NCBI GenBank assembly: GCA_963748815.1
Contig: CAVVKJ010000010.1
Coordinates: 576,001-640,000 of the forward strand
Origin: an uncultured Gemmatimonadales bacterium
GTDB taxonomy: Bacteria; Gemmatimonadota; Gemmatimonadetes; Gemmatimonadales; GWC2-71-9
Length of the DNA stretch: 64,000 nt
Direction of reading: 5' to 3'
Below, one piece after another: positions 49,499 through 59,558 of this stretch; positions within the stretch are counted from its first letter, which is position 1; every line of letters starts with the position of its first letter. The notes below the pieces were generated by a model. That model had not been told where the DNA came from. It did not search any database and was given only the letters and a program-made list of their open reading frames with translations. The translations under genes were made by a program, and so were the position numbers.

Positions 49499-50962
49499 TC
49501 ACCGCGGCAGCCCCGGGAAGGCGGCGCTCGCGAAGGCGCGGATGAAATCGGCCGATTCGACCACATTGTCGAGGCCGGCGTAATCGCTTCGCCGATTATA
49601 ATTCGCATAACTGACGCCGAGCCCGAGCGACCGGGTGAACCAGTACCGGCCTTCGGCGAGCAGCGCGTCCTGGTAGTGCGACGATTCGACGCCGTCGATC
49701 GTGTGAATCCAGAGCCCCGTATAGGCCGCCGAGACCATGACCCGGCTCTTGTAGAGGAACCGCGCGCTCAGGATCGTCCCGAGGCCGGGGCCGTAGTCGT
49801 AGTTGCGGCCTTCGATGGCCGTGTAGTAGTCCGACTGCGTCGCACCGAGCAGCACACCATTGAAGAGGAAGTTCAACTGCCCCCACCAGGTCGTGCCGGG
49901 CGCCCCGAGCGTGGAGACCAGTCCGGCCTGCACGCTTTGCCCACCGTAGACGAAGGCCGGATTGTTAAAATAGTCATACTCGAGGAGCAGGGCGACCTGG
50001 TGCTTGCCGCTTTGTCCCAGCGCCCACGCGGCGAGGTTTCCGCGGGCGCTGACCTGGCTGATGACCCCGCTCTCGTTCGGGCCAGCCAGGTCGGCACGCA
50101 GGGCAAAGTGGGAAAAGGGGGCGTGGTTGAGGTCAGTGACCGGGCTGCCGTACGACAGACTGAAGGTCGCGTTCCACTGGCTGACCGTCTCCTGCCCTTC
50201 CCCCTCGGCGCCCGCGTCGGTGGTTTGCCGGTAGCCGAGGTCCATCAGGCCGAACATCGCCTTGGGGCGCCAGTCCGGCGGATTGGCGCTGACCCGGCCC
50301 GTCTCACCACGCACCAGCCGGTTGAGTCCGCTGATCGGATCGAGAATCCCGCTCGCCACCTCGCGCCAGACGCGCGCCCCGCCGGTCGTGGTGTTGTCCA
50401 GGGGGAGCCGCGACAGTCGGTAGAGGGTCTCCCCGAGGATGACCCCGCCGACGCTCGTGGTCACGAAGTCGTTCGGCGCCGGGGCCCACGCCTCGAAAAA
50501 CAGCTCCCACATCAGGCTCCCGGCCACGGGCCAGAGGCTCGACTGCCAGAAGTTGTAGCCATTGGTGCGGGCCGAGTTGTAGTACAGGCTCCCGTGATAG
50601 GGATGCGCCCACTGGTTGTTGCTGAACATGTTGTCGTCCCACTGCCACGGATACACCAGGTTGTTCCGCCAGGTGGTCGGCGACACCCGCGCCCACACCT
50701 CCTGCCGATAGAGGTTGTTGATGCCATAGGGGAGCAGCTGGACGAACATCAGGTCGGCGACGCCGAACCAGAATCGCTTCGGCGGGTGGCATTCGGGGCA
50801 CGGGAGGGTATCGGCGGGCGTCACGGGGCGCGCCCCGGACCACTCGACCCCCGCCGGTGGAAGCGCGGGTAAGGTCGAGGGCGAGGCCGGACCCTGCGCC
50901 TCGGCGGGGCCGACGGCGACGACCAGCGCGAACGCCAGGGCACATCCCGCGTGGTTCTGCAT
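49499..50962 (-). CDS. DUF3943-domain protein (paralog 2 of 3)
   Basis: Signal ...PAEAQ; PWQWDDNMFSNNQWAHPYHG, ARTNGY, APAPND, RNYDYGPG. Confidence 0.83.
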   Translation of the reverse strand: MQNHAGCALAFALVVAVGPAEAQGPASPSTLPALPPAGVEWSGARPVTPADTLPCPECHPPKRFWFGVADLMFVQLLPYGINNLYRQEVWARVSPTTWRNNLVYPWQWDDNMFSNNQWAHPYHGSLYYNSARTNGYNFWQSSLWPVAGSLMWELFFEAWAPAPNDFVTTSVGGVILGETLYRLSRLPLDNTTTGGARVWREVASGILDPISGLNRLVRGETGRVSANPPDWRPKAMFGLMDLGYRQTTDAGAEGEGQETVSQWNATFSLSYGSPVTDLNHAPFSHFALRADLAGPNESGVISQVSARGNLAAWALGQSGKHQVALLLEYDYFNNPAFVYGGQSVQAGLVSTLGAPGTTWWGQLNFLFNGVLLGATQSDYYTAIEGRNYDYGPGLGTILSARFLYKSRVMVSAAYTGLWIHTIDGVESSHYQDALLAEGRYWFTRSLGLGVSYANYNRRSDYAGLDNVVESADFIRAFASAAFPGLPR

Positions 50963-51017
50963 GGCGAACCGCCGTTCTGCGCGATGCTTCGTTGACCGAC
51001 GACCTGCGTCTCCCCGC

Positions 51018-52532
51018 TCAGGGGAGTGGCAATCCGGGGAAGGCGCTCGAGATGAAGAAGCGCAGGAATCTCGCCGATTGCGCGACGTCCGGCTGGTTCT
51101 CGTAGTCGCTGTGGCGGGTGTATCCGGTGTAACTCAGCCCAACTCCGACCTTGCGGTTGGCCCAGTAGCGGGCCTCGATCAACAGCGCGTCCTGGTAGTG
51201 GGCCGACTCCGTGCCTTCGATCGTGTGCAACCAAAGACCCGTGAAGCCGACGGTGCCCTGCAGGCGGTTCTTGTAGAGGATGCGCCCCGCAAAGAGGCCC
51301 CCCACGCCGGGCCCATAATCATAGTCCCGTCCCTCGACGGACTTGTAGTAGTCGGACTGGACCGCGCCGAGGAGGACGCCGTTGGCAAGGATCTGGGTCT
51401 GCCCCCACCAGGTTTGCCCCGGCTTGCCAATCCTGCTCACCACGCCGATCTGGGCGCTCTGGCCGCTGTACTCAAAGGCGGGGTTATTGAAGTAGTCGTA
51501 CTCCAGGCTGAGCGCCAGCTGGTGGCGCCGCTTCGCGCCCAGCGGCCAGGCGGCGAGGCTGCCGCGCGCGCTGAGCTGGTTGATCAACCCCTCGTTGCCC
51601 GGACCGGCCAGGTCGGCGCGGATGGCGAAATAGGAGAACGGCTTGCGGGACAGGTCCTTGACCGGGTCGCCGTAGGAGAGGAGAAAGGTCGCGTTCCACT
51701 GGTTCGACCCGGTCTCGATGTTCCCGCTCGCGATCGACTGCACGGTCCGGCGGTACCCCACGTCCAGCAGTCCGAGGATAGCACTCGGATGCCAATCAGC
51801 GGGATTTGCGCTGACCCTGTGCGTCTCCCCCCGGACGAGTCGATTGAACCCACCGACGGGATTGAGCACCGCCGCTCCGATTTCCCGCCACACCCGTTCG
51901 CTGCCGGTCGCCTCGTTGTCGAGAACGAGCCGTGAAATCCGGTACAGCGACTCGCCGAGGACCGCCCCCCCGACCACGGTATTGACCACGTCATTGGGCG
52001 CGGGCGCCCACGCCTCGAAGAAGTACTCCCACATCAGGCTGCCCCCGAGCGACCAGGCGGAGGAGGCCCAGAAGTCGTACCCGTTGGTGCGGCCGGAATT
52101 GAAGTAGAGGTTTCCCTGGTACGGGTGCGCGAACTGGTTGTTCTGGAAGTCGTTGTCGTCCCACTGCCAGGGGTAGCTGAAGTTGTTGGCCCAGGTTTGC
52201 GGGCTGACCCTGGCCCACTCCTCCTTCGTGACGAAGTTGCTGACCGAAAACGGGATCAGCTGCACAATGAAGACGTTGCCGACGCCCATCCAGAAGTTCT
52301 TGGGGGGACGGCAGTCGGGGCATGGCAGCGAATCGACGCGCGGCACCACCGCCTGGTCCGGGGTGGACAACCCCAGCAGCGCCGGGCTGATCGGCTGGGG
52401 GCCGGCAATGCGCATCGTGCCGGGCGGCGCCGTCTCGACAGGGCCGGTGCCCTGCGCCAACCCGCGCGCAGGCGCCAGCACGCCGGCGAGAACCGCCAGG
52501 GAAAGCGACAGGCGTACGACGGCGAGGCGCAG
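51018..52532 (-). CDS. DUF3943-domain protein (paralog 3 of 3); probable CTG start at 52532
   Basis: (M)RLAVVRLSLSLAVLAGVLAPARGLAQ signal; PWQWDDNDFQNNQFAHPYQG, GRTNGY, APAPND, RDYDYGPG. Confidence 0.8.
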   Translation of the reverse strand: MRLAVVRLSLSLAVLAGVLAPARGLAQGTGPVETAPPGTMRIAGPQPISPALLGLSTPDQAVVPRVDSLPCPDCRPPKNFWMGVGNVFIVQLIPFSVSNFVTKEEWARVSPQTWANNFSYPWQWDDNDFQNNQFAHPYQGNLYFNSGRTNGYDFWASSAWSLGGSLMWEYFFEAWAPAPNDVVNTVVGGAVLGESLYRISRLVLDNEATGSERVWREIGAAVLNPVGGFNRLVRGETHRVSANPADWHPSAILGLLDVGYRRTVQSIASGNIETGSNQWNATFLLSYGDPVKDLSRKPFSYFAIRADLAGPGNEGLINQLSARGSLAAWPLGAKRRHQLALSLEYDYFNNPAFEYSGQSAQIGVVSRIGKPGQTWWGQTQILANGVLLGAVQSDYYKSVEGRDYDYGPGVGGLFAGRILYKNRLQGTVGFTGLWLHTIEGTESAHYQDALLIEARYWANRKVGVGLSYTGYTRHSDYENQPDVAQSARFLRFFISSAFPGLPLP

Positions 52533-52534
52533 CG

Positions 52535-53071
52535 CTACGCCCGCAGTCGATCGAGGTGTGATTTTCGAAGCGCCGCAACCTTGGGCGCGATGACCAGCTG
52601 GCAGTACCGCTGGTCGGCATTCCGCCGGTAGTAGCCCTGGTGGCCCGGTTCCGCCGCATAGAAGACGGACAGCGGGGCAACCTCCGTCACGATCGGGTCG
52701 GGCCACAGCCCCTCGCCGCCGAAGCGCCGGATGACCTCCTCGGCGGTCGCACGCTGCGCAGACGACTGGGTGAGGATGATCGACCGATACTGGGTGCCGA
52801 CGTCGGCGCCCTGCCGATTCGGTGTGGTGGGATCATGCATCGAGAAGAAGACCTCGAGCAGGTCGCGGTACGAAATGACCGCAGGATCGAAGGCGACCTG
52901 CACGACTTCCGCATGGCCGGTCCGGCCACCGCAGATCTGCTCGTAGGTGGGGTGCTCCACCGCCCCACCCGCGTAGCCCGACACGACCCGCTCCACCCCT
53001 CGCAGCTGCTCGAAGACCGCTTCGAGGCACCAGAAACAGCCGCCGCCGAAAGTCGCCAATTCCATCGTCAT
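52535..53071 (-). CDS. msrA: Peptide methionine sulfoxide reductase A
   Basis: ATFGGGCFWC, VSGYAGG, TGHAEVVQV.FDP, HDPT..NRQG.DVGTQYRS, AE..HQ.YY. Confidence 0.96.
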   Translation of the reverse strand: MTMELATFGGGCFWCLEAVFEQLRGVERVVSGYAGGAVEHPTYEQICGGRTGHAEVVQVAFDPAVISYRDLLEVFFSMHDPTTPNRQGADVGTQYRSIILTQSSAQRATAEEVIRRFGGEGLWPDPIVTEVAPLSVFYAAEPGHQGYYRRNADQRYCQLVIAPKVAALRKSHLDRLRA

Positions 53072-53769
53072 TTCCACACCCTCGGCAGGAGCGCGCCGGT
53101 GCGCGCGCGATACGCTCCCCATTCGGGATACCTCGACAAGGACGCCTCCTTCGCGAGCATGTTGGGAACGAACTCCACTCCCCAGATCGTGAGCAGGATG
53201 GCCCACGCCGCCCAGTGGCCGACCAGAACCGCGTAGGATCCGTACAGCATCATCTCGCCGAGATAGTTCGGGTGCCGGACGTGGCGAAACATCCCGTCAG
53301 TGATCAGCCCGCCGCGGGCGCGGAGTGTAAAGGTTTTCTGTGCATCGGCGGCCGTCATCAGGAAGAGCCCGAGCGTGTGGAGCGCCACAGCAGCAGCCAT
53401 GACACCGGGCGATGTCGGGGGATGGCCCCGTCCCGACAGCAACAGCCACGGCAGCACCCAGTAGGGCGCCAGCCCGAGCACGAAGGCCGCCGCTCCCCCG
53501 CCCCAGGTGACCCGCCGCTGCCAGTTCGCGTCGGGAAAGGCGAGGTCCTTCGCGACCCAGCAGATCCCGTAGCTGCCGTAGAGCGCCAGGTAGACCCAGG
53601 CCACGCCGGACCAGGCGCCGTACCACCACATCAGGAGGGCGACGAACGGAAGCGAACCCAACTTCTGCGCGTTGATGACCCACGCCAGCTTCAGCACCCG
53701 CGGCCCGCCGAGAAGGTCGGAACTCAGGTAGCGGTTGGCGCGGTGCAGCCAGGCGGCCCAGGTCGGCAT
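53068..53769 (-). CDS. DUF1295 / steroid-5-alpha-reductase-like membrane protein
   Basis: Multiple TM helices; ADAQK...GLITDGMF..VRHPNYLGE; KEASLSRYP.W..Y...T..LLP. Confidence 0.82.
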   Translation of the reverse strand: MPTWAAWLHRANRYLSSDLLGGPRVLKLAWVINAQKLGSLPFVALLMWWYGAWSGVAWVYLALYGSYGICWVAKDLAFPDANWQRRVTWGGGAAAFVLGLAPYWVLPWLLLSGRGHPPTSPGVMAAAVALHTLGLFLMTAADAQKTFTLRARGGLITDGMFRHVRHPNYLGEMMLYGSYAVLVGHWAAWAILLTIWGVEFVPNMLAKEASLSRYPEWGAYRARTGALLPRVWK

Positions 53770-53774
53770 GCCGC

Positions 53775-55109
53775 CTAGCCCTTCGGCACCGGGTGCACGA
53801 AGCGCCGCAACAGCCAGAACGCCGGTACCGACACGGCCAGCACGCCGAGCCCGAGCAGCGCGTGCTCCGGATCACTCCAGACCACGCCCACGAGGAAGAC
53901 GACGGCGATGGCCACGGCGAGGCCGGTGGTCCAGGGGTAACCCCACGCCCGGTACGGACGATGACGCGTGGGATCGGTCACCCGAAGCCGGAACAGCGCG
54001 AGGAAACAGATCAGGTAGTTCAACACGATGAACACCGAGAGGGTCGCGATGACGGCGTTGAAGGTGCCGGAGAGCAGGAAGAAGAACGCCACACCGGTCG
54101 AGAGCAGCAGGGCGGTGGTGGGCGTGCCCCCGCTGTTCACCCGCACCGCGTTCACGGGGAAGAGCCGATCGCGGCTGAGCGAGAAGACGATCCGGCTCGA
54201 CGCCAGGAACACCGTGTTGATGGTCCCGAGGATCGAGATGATCATCAGGACTCGCAGCACCGTATCGCCTGCCGGGCCGAGGAGGCGCTCGGCGGCGGTC
54301 GCCATCACGAACGGGTCGCCCGCCATGCCGGGGACGGTGAAGAGCCGGACGAACGCGACGTTCAACAGCAGGTAGAGCGCCGTGATGAGCCCGAGACCCA
54401 TGAAGATGGCGCGGGGAATCTCACGCCCGGGGTTCTTGAATTCCTCGCCCCCGTAGATCGGGTAGTAGTAGCCGTCGAAGGTGAAGATGACACCCTGCAT
54501 CGCGAGGATGATGGCCGCGAGCATCGGGAGATCGGATCGCGGCGCCGTCACGGCCTCGGACGCAGCGGGCAGGAAGAAGATCCCGCCTACGAGGAGGACG
54601 AGGGCGACCGCCTTGAGGCCCGTCGTCACGAGCTGAATCCCCGCCCCGGTCCGGATGCCACGCCACTGGGAGACGACGAAGGCCAGGAGGATGGCCGATG
54701 CTACCGCGAGCGACCGCCCCGCCAGCAACGGGAGGACCGCCCCGCTGTACTCGCCGATCAGGAGACCGAGGGCGGCCATCGAGGCGCATTGCTGGAGCCA
54801 GTCGTTGTACCCCACGAGAAAGGCGGGATAGTCCCCGAAGGCGCGGCGGGCCCACGGATAGACGCCGCCGGCGCCTGGGTCCATCGCGCCGTGTTCGGCG
54901 TACGCCGTCGCCCCCAGGAAGGCGAAGGCGGCCCCGGCGATCCAGGCGCCGAAGAACAGCACCGGCGTCGGGAGAAGGGCCGCCACGTCGCCGGGGGTGC
55001 GGAGGATCCCGCCGCCGACCACCGCACCGATGGCGATGGCCAGCCCGAAGGCGAGACCGAGCACCCGCAGCAGGCCCTTGGCGGGCGTGGGTTCGACCTC
55101 GGATGTCAT
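53775..55109 (-). CDS. APC-family amino acid permease
   Basis: GLLRVLG...IGAVVGGGILRTP, YAE.G...P.AGG.Y, EEFKNPGREIPRAI, RPYRAWGYP; ATG 55109 overlaps the upstream TGA. Confidence 0.92.
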   Translation of the reverse strand: MTSEVEPTPAKGLLRVLGLAFGLAIAIGAVVGGGILRTPGDVAALLPTPVLFFGAWIAGAAFAFLGATAYAEHGAMDPGAGGVYPWARRAFGDYPAFLVGYNDWLQQCASMAALGLLIGEYSGAVLPLLAGRSLAVASAILLAFVVSQWRGIRTGAGIQLVTTGLKAVALVLLVGGIFFLPAASEAVTAPRSDLPMLAAIILAMQGVIFTFDGYYYPIYGGEEFKNPGREIPRAIFMGLGLITALYLLLNVAFVRLFTVPGMAGDPFVMATAAERLLGPAGDTVLRVLMIISILGTINTVFLASSRIVFSLSRDRLFPVNAVRVNSGGTPTTALLLSTGVAFFFLLSGTFNAVIATLSVFIVLNYLICFLALFRLRVTDPTRHRPYRAWGYPWTTGLAVAIAVVFLVGVVWSDPEHALLGLGVLAVSVPAFWLLRRFVHPVPKG

Positions 55110-55729
55110 GACGGTCTCGATTCGGCTCGGAGGAGGTCGTGCGTGTCGGCGAAGAATTCGGGTCGCCGCGCCATGTCCCTTCGGTACAGGCTGCGCAGGT
55201 ATGCCACGTCCGCAGGGGCATCGCCAGTCGGGGTGAACGGGGGCAGCGTCAATCCGATGGTGCGGGTGGACCAGTCGAAGGTGACGGGCACGATGGGCAC
55301 GCCCGCCGCCGCGGCGATTCGGTGGAAGCCCGTCTTCCAGTGCTCGATGTATTTCCTCGTCCCTTCGGGGGCGACGGCCAGCACAAAGGTCGGTGCCCGT
55401 TCCATGCCCCGCAGCACCCCGTCGATGATCCCGTCCGGCCTGGAGCGATCGACCGGAATCCCGCCCAGGGCGCGAAGCAGCCAGCCCACCGGCCCGACGA
55501 AAAGGGTGTGTTTCCCCAGCCACTGGGCGCGGAGGCCCAGCGCAAATTTCGCGGCGAGCCCGACGAAGAAGTCCCAGTTGGACGTATGCGGCGCGACGAT
55601 GAGGATGAACCGGGGGAGGGGCGGCAGGGCCCCGACCATCCGCCATCCCATCAGGCGAAGCGCCACCCGGCCGACAGAAACGAGGGGGCCGTGCCCCCCG
55701 AAGGGCAGGCGTGCGGGGGTCGACGTCAC
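55106..55729 (-). CDS. PlsC-family lysophospholipid acyltransferase
   Basis: APHTSNWD (HxxxxD), GGIPVDR, APEGTR, WKTGF; GTGA overlap with the upstream gene. Confidence 0.88.
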   Translation of the reverse strand: MTSTPARLPFGGHGPLVSVGRVALRLMGWRMVGALPPLPRFILIVAPHTSNWDFFVGLAAKFALGLRAQWLGKHTLFVGPVGWLLRALGGIPVDRSRPDGIIDGVLRGMERAPTFVLAVAPEGTRKYIEHWKTGFHRIAAAAGVPIVPVTFDWSTRTIGLTLPPFTPTGDAPADVAYLRSLYRRDMARRPEFFADTHDLLRAESRPS

Positions 55730-56823
55730 TTGGGCGACGCCTGCCGGGCGCCGAACGCTTCCCACCCCGCCGGCGCGGGGTCGGGATAGCGGCAGGTCTG
55801 ACAGGTGCGGCGGAGCGCGGAGAGGCCGCGGAGCGTCACGTCCGGGGAGAGAAACCCGTCGCGGAGCGGCTCCTCACGCAGGAGGTCGGTGCTCAGGTAC
55901 TTCTTGTTGTCGTCGGCAAACACCGTGGCAACCACAGCCGCCCCGCCGAGGGCCTCCTGTGCCAGCAGGGCCGCGAGGAAGTTGGCGCCGGAGGAGATCC
56001 CCACGCCGAGCCCCAGTCCCGTGGCCAGCTTCTGGGCCATCAGGATGGCGTCGCCATCGTCGATGGCGAGAATGTCGTCGAGCTGGTCGAGTTCGACGAT
56101 GGCAGGGATGAATTCGTCTGAAATGCCCTGGATGCGGTGCTGCCCGACCTTGTGACCGGTGGACATCGTCGGCGAGTTGGACGGCTCGACCGGATGCAGC
56201 TTGATGCCGGGGACCTCTCCGCGCAGATACGCGCCCGCGCCCATGATGGTGCCCCCGGTGCCGACCCCGGCGACGAACGCCGCCGGTACCAGCTCCCAGG
56301 CCGCCAATTGCCCGAGAATTTCCGGGCCAGTGGTCTGGAAGTGGGCGTCGCAGTTGTCGCGGTTGGAGAACTGCCTCGGCAGGAAGGCGCCGGGGGTCTT
56401 GCGCGCGAGCGCCTCGGCCATCTCGATGCTCCCGAGGAAGCCCCCCTCCTCGCGACTGACGAGCACGATGCTCGCCCCGAGACTGCGAATCAGGTTGATC
56501 CGCTCGCTGCTCATCCAGGCGGGCATGAAGATCGTGACCGGATGCCCGAGGGCCCGGCCGATGGCCGCGAAGGCGATGCCGGTGTTGCCGCTGGTGGCTT
56601 CCACGATGAGCGCGCCCGGCTGCAGCGCCCCGGTGGCGTACCCCTGCCGGAGGATGTGGATCGCCATGCGATCCTTGATGCTTCCGGAGAGGTTCAGGTG
56701 CTCGGCCTTGGCGTGAATGACGCGACGGGAACCCTGAAAGGTGAACTCGATCGCGAGCAACGGCGTGTTGCCGACAAGGCTGGAAAGCCCGCGGAGTCGC
56801 TCCTGCGGCTGTCGGTCGGTCAT
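55726..56823 (-). CDS. PLP-dependent cysteine synthase family protein
   Basis: [60 protein letters not shown] near the C-terminus. Confidence 0.92.
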   Translation of the reverse strand: MTDRQPQERLRGLSSLVGNTPLLAIEFTFQGSRRVIHAKAEHLNLSGSIKDRMAIHILRQGYATGALQPGALIVEATSGNTGIAFAAIGRALGHPVTIFMPAWMSSERINLIRSLGASIVLVSREEGGFLGSIEMAEALARKTPGAFLPRQFSNRDNCDAHFQTTGPEILGQLAAWELVPAAFVAGVGTGGTIMGAGAYLRGEVPGIKLHPVEPSNSPTMSTGHKVGQHRIQGISDEFIPAIVELDQLDDILAIDDGDAILMAQKLATGLGLGVGISSGANFLAALLAQEALGGAAVVATVFADDNKKYLSTDLLREEPLRDGFLSPDVTLRGLSALRRTCQTCRYPDPAPAGWEAFGARQASPK

Positions 56824-56836
56824 GCAAGGCTCCGGT

Positions 56837-57010
56837 TTACGGCCTGGATGAGGCGTAGGCGGAGACGAGGATGAGGGTCGCAATCGGGCCAATGAAGAGC
56901 GAAAAGAGCCCCCAGAGAAGACCGCTCTTTCCCTTGGTCTGTGCCAGGCCTGCGTTGAGGAGGGCCAGTGTCCCCCAGCCGACGGCATATCCGCTGCTCA
57001 CGTATTCCAT
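56837..57010 (-). CDS. Small two-TM conserved hypothetical protein (57 aa)
   Basis: [55 protein letters not shown]. Confidence 0.68.
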   Translation of the reverse strand: MEYVSSGYAVGWGTLALLNAGLAQTKGKSGLLWGLFSLFIGPIATLILVSAYASSRP

Positions 57011-57132
57011 GTCACGCTCCGTGAAGGGCTGTCCAAGGCCGGCACTGGCGGCGACGGCCATATGCCTGTCAGGCACAAACTTACCCAATTCCGGGCCGGG
57101 GGTCACGCACGGGGGAGCGGGGGGCGCGCGGC

Positions 57133-57161
57133 TTCACTCCGGCTCGCAATCGGGGTACAAT
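57133..57161 (+). promoter_or_regulatory. Candidate sigma70 promoter TTCACT-N17-TACAAT for the mltF-like gene
   Basis: -35 at 57133-57138, 17-nt spacer, -10 at 57156-57161, upstream of ATG 57188. Confidence 0.55.
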
Positions 57162-57187
57162 CCACCCATCCCGCACCTGAGGGCCGC

Positions 57188-58669
57188 ATGCCGCGCCGAG
57201 CCTTCCCGCTTGCCGTATTGATCACGGTCGCCCTCGCCTCCGGCGCCTGCCGCGGTGAGACGGACAAGTCGGAGCCACCGGCGGAGGAAGCGTCCGCGCT
57301 CGAGGTTCCTGGCGACTCGGCGCTTCGGGCGTTGACGATCACCCGGCATGGGGACCTCGATACCATGCGGGCGTACCACCGGATCCGCATCCTGGTGGCG
57401 CCGAGCCGGACCCAGTATTTCGTGGACGAGGGCACGCCGCGCGGGCTCGCCGTGGACGCGGCCGCCCTCTTCGAGAAGAGCCTCAACCAGCACCTGCGCA
57501 CCGGGCGGCAGCCGATCCATGTCGTCTTGCTCCCGGTTCGTCACGACGAACTGTTGCCCGCGCTGCTCGCGGGCCGAGGCGACATCGTCGCCTCGGCATT
57601 GACCATCACGCCGGAGCGGCTGGCGGTGGCGGACTTCTCGCAGCCGACCGTCTCGAACGTCTCGGAAATCGTCGTCACCGGCCCGGCCTCGCCCCAACTC
57701 GATTCCCTCGAAGACCTGGCGGGGAAGGAGGTCTACGTCCGGCGCTCCTCGGCGTACTACGAGAGCCTGGAGACGCTCAACGAGCGCTTCAAGCGCCGGG
57801 GCCTGGCACCGGTGCGGCTCCGGGCGGCCCCCGAGGCCCTCGAGGACGAAGATCTGCTCGAAATGCTCAACGCCGGCCTGGTCCAGATCGTCGTCATGAA
57901 CGACCTCCTCGCCAATTTCTGGCAGCAGGTGCTCCCTGAGATCACCCCGCGCCCCGCGCTCGTGGTGAAGTCGGGCGCCGACATCGCGTGGATGTTCCGG
58001 AAGGACAGCCCGCAGCTGAAGGCGGAGATCAACCGGTTCCTCGCGGAATATCCGGCCGGTTCCGCGACCCGCAACACGATCCTGCACCGCTACCTGAGGG
58101 GCACCAAGTACGTGACGAACGCCTCCGCGGAGTCGGAGATGCGCAAGTTTCAGGCGGTGGTGGAGCTGTTCAAGAAGTACGGCGCGCAATACGACCTCGA
58201 CTTCCTCCTGGTGCTGGCGCAGGGCTACCAGGAGTCCCGGCTCGACCAGGAGGCCCGGAGCCAGGTCGGGGCGGTGGGCGTCATGCAGGTCATGCCGGCC
58301 ACCGGGCAGTCGCTGGGCGTCGGGGACATTCACCAGCTGGAGCCGAACATTCATGCGGGAGTGAAGTACATCCGCACCCTGATGGACGAGCACTTCGCGA
58401 ACGACTCGCTGGACGACTTCAACCGGACCCTGTTCGCCTTCGCGGCGTACAACGCGGGGCCGGCCCGGGTCGCCGGGCTGCGGCGGAAGGCCGCGGCCCG
58501 CGGGCTCGACCCGAATACGTGGCTGCGCAATGTCGAATACGTTGCGGCGCAGGAGATCGGCCGGGAGACGGTCACCTATGTCGCCAATATCTACAAGTAC
58601 TACGTCGCCTACACGCTGGTCATGGAGCAGGACGCCGAGCGAGAAGCGGCGCTGAAGGCACACCGCTAA
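57188..58669 (+). CDS. mltF: MltF-like lytic transglycosylase (substrate-binding domain plus SLT domain), lipoprotein
   Basis: LASGAC lipobox; GRGDIVA..LTITPER, VYVRRSS.Y; QGYQESRLDQ, GAVGVMQVMP, NIHAGVKY, AAYNAGP, ETVTYV. Confidence 0.85.
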   Translation: MPRRAFPLAVLITVALASGACRGETDKSEPPAEEASALEVPGDSALRALTITRHGDLDTMRAYHRIRILVAPSRTQYFVDEGTPRGLAVDAAALFEKSLNQHLRTGRQPIHVVLLPVRHDELLPALLAGRGDIVASALTITPERLAVADFSQPTVSNVSEIVVTGPASPQLDSLEDLAGKEVYVRRSSAYYESLETLNERFKRRGLAPVRLRAAPEALEDEDLLEMLNAGLVQIVVMNDLLANFWQQVLPEITPRPALVVKSGADIAWMFRKDSPQLKAEINRFLAEYPAGSATRNTILHRYLRGTKYVTNASAESEMRKFQAVVELFKKYGAQYDLDFLLVLAQGYQESRLDQEARSQVGAVGVMQVMPATGQSLGVGDIHQLEPNIHAGVKYIRTLMDEHFANDSLDDFNRTLFAFAAYNAGPARVAGLRRKAAARGLDPNTWLRNVEYVAAQEIGRETVTYVANIYKYYVAYTLVMEQDAEREAALKAHR

Positions 58670-58686
58670 CCGACCCGGAGTCATTG

Positions 58687-59517
58687 ATGCTGACCTTGCT
58701 GCCCCTGCTGGCCTCCGCCGTCCTCGCGACCGACACCGTCCTCGTGTCCCCGGCCTGGCTGTCGTCACATCTCGGCGAGCCCGGCGTCCTCGTGGTGCAC
58801 GTCGACCGGAACCGCGCCGCCTACGACGCCGGGCACATCGAGGGAAGCGTCTACCTGCCGCTCTCGTCGATCGTCGTCGAGCGGGACGGGATCCCGACGG
58901 AACTCCCGCCGGTCGCCCAGCTCGATTCCGTCCTCGAGGCGGTCGGCATCGGCGACCGCACCAGGGTGATCATCACCGGCGATCCGCTGGCCGCGGCGCG
59001 ACTCTTCTTCACCCTCGACTACCTCGGACATTCGTACCAGGCGGCGCTGCTCGACGGGGGGACGGCGATGTGGGTGGAAGGAGGATGGCCGGTCAACAGC
59101 GCGGCGGTCCCCGCGCGCCGAGGGACGCTGACCCCTGATCCGCAACCGGAACTCGTGGTCAGTGCCGAGTGGGTGAAGAGCCATCTGCAGAGCGCTGAGG
59201 TCGTGTTGCTCGATGCGCGGACCAAGTCCGATTTCGCCGCCGGGCACATTCCCGGGGCTCGCAACATCCCGTGGGACATGACGCAGGAGGGGAGCCCGCC
59301 GGTCTTGCAGAGCGCGCCCTGGCTCATGGGGCTCTTCCACGGCGCAGGCGTCCCGCCGGGATCGCAGGTCGTGACCTATTGTCGGTCGGGGATGCAGGCG
59401 AGCTTTCTCTACTTCGTGGCGCGGTACCTGGGATATGAGACGAAGATGTACGACGGCTCGATGGCGGAGTGGACGAAGCTGGCGGGGGCGCCGATCGAGA
59501 CGGGTGTGCCGGAATAG
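58687..59517 (+). CDS. Two-domain rhodanese / sulfurtransferase (SseA-like)
   Basis: LVSPAWL, GHIEG, LDGG...W, LLDAR, GHIPGA, TYCRSG.QAS, YDGSMAEW; short hydrophobic N-terminus. Confidence 0.9.
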   Translation: MLTLLPLLASAVLATDTVLVSPAWLSSHLGEPGVLVVHVDRNRAAYDAGHIEGSVYLPLSSIVVERDGIPTELPPVAQLDSVLEAVGIGDRTRVIITGDPLAAARLFFTLDYLGHSYQAALLDGGTAMWVEGGWPVNSAAVPARRGTLTPDPQPELVVSAEWVKSHLQSAEVVLLDARTKSDFAAGHIPGARNIPWDMTQEGSPPVLQSAPWLMGLFHGAGVPPGSQVVTYCRSGMQASFLYFVARYLGYETKMYDGSMAEWTKLAGAPIETGVPE

Positions 59518-59558
59518 ATCGGCCCCGCGCGTCAATCACCGCAGTCGACGGGGGCTCA

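Noticed and set aside
50785..50805. CPECH as a c-type heme-binding motif in DUF3943 paralog 2
   Set aside because: The other two paralogs have CPDCN and CPDCR, so the His is not conserved.
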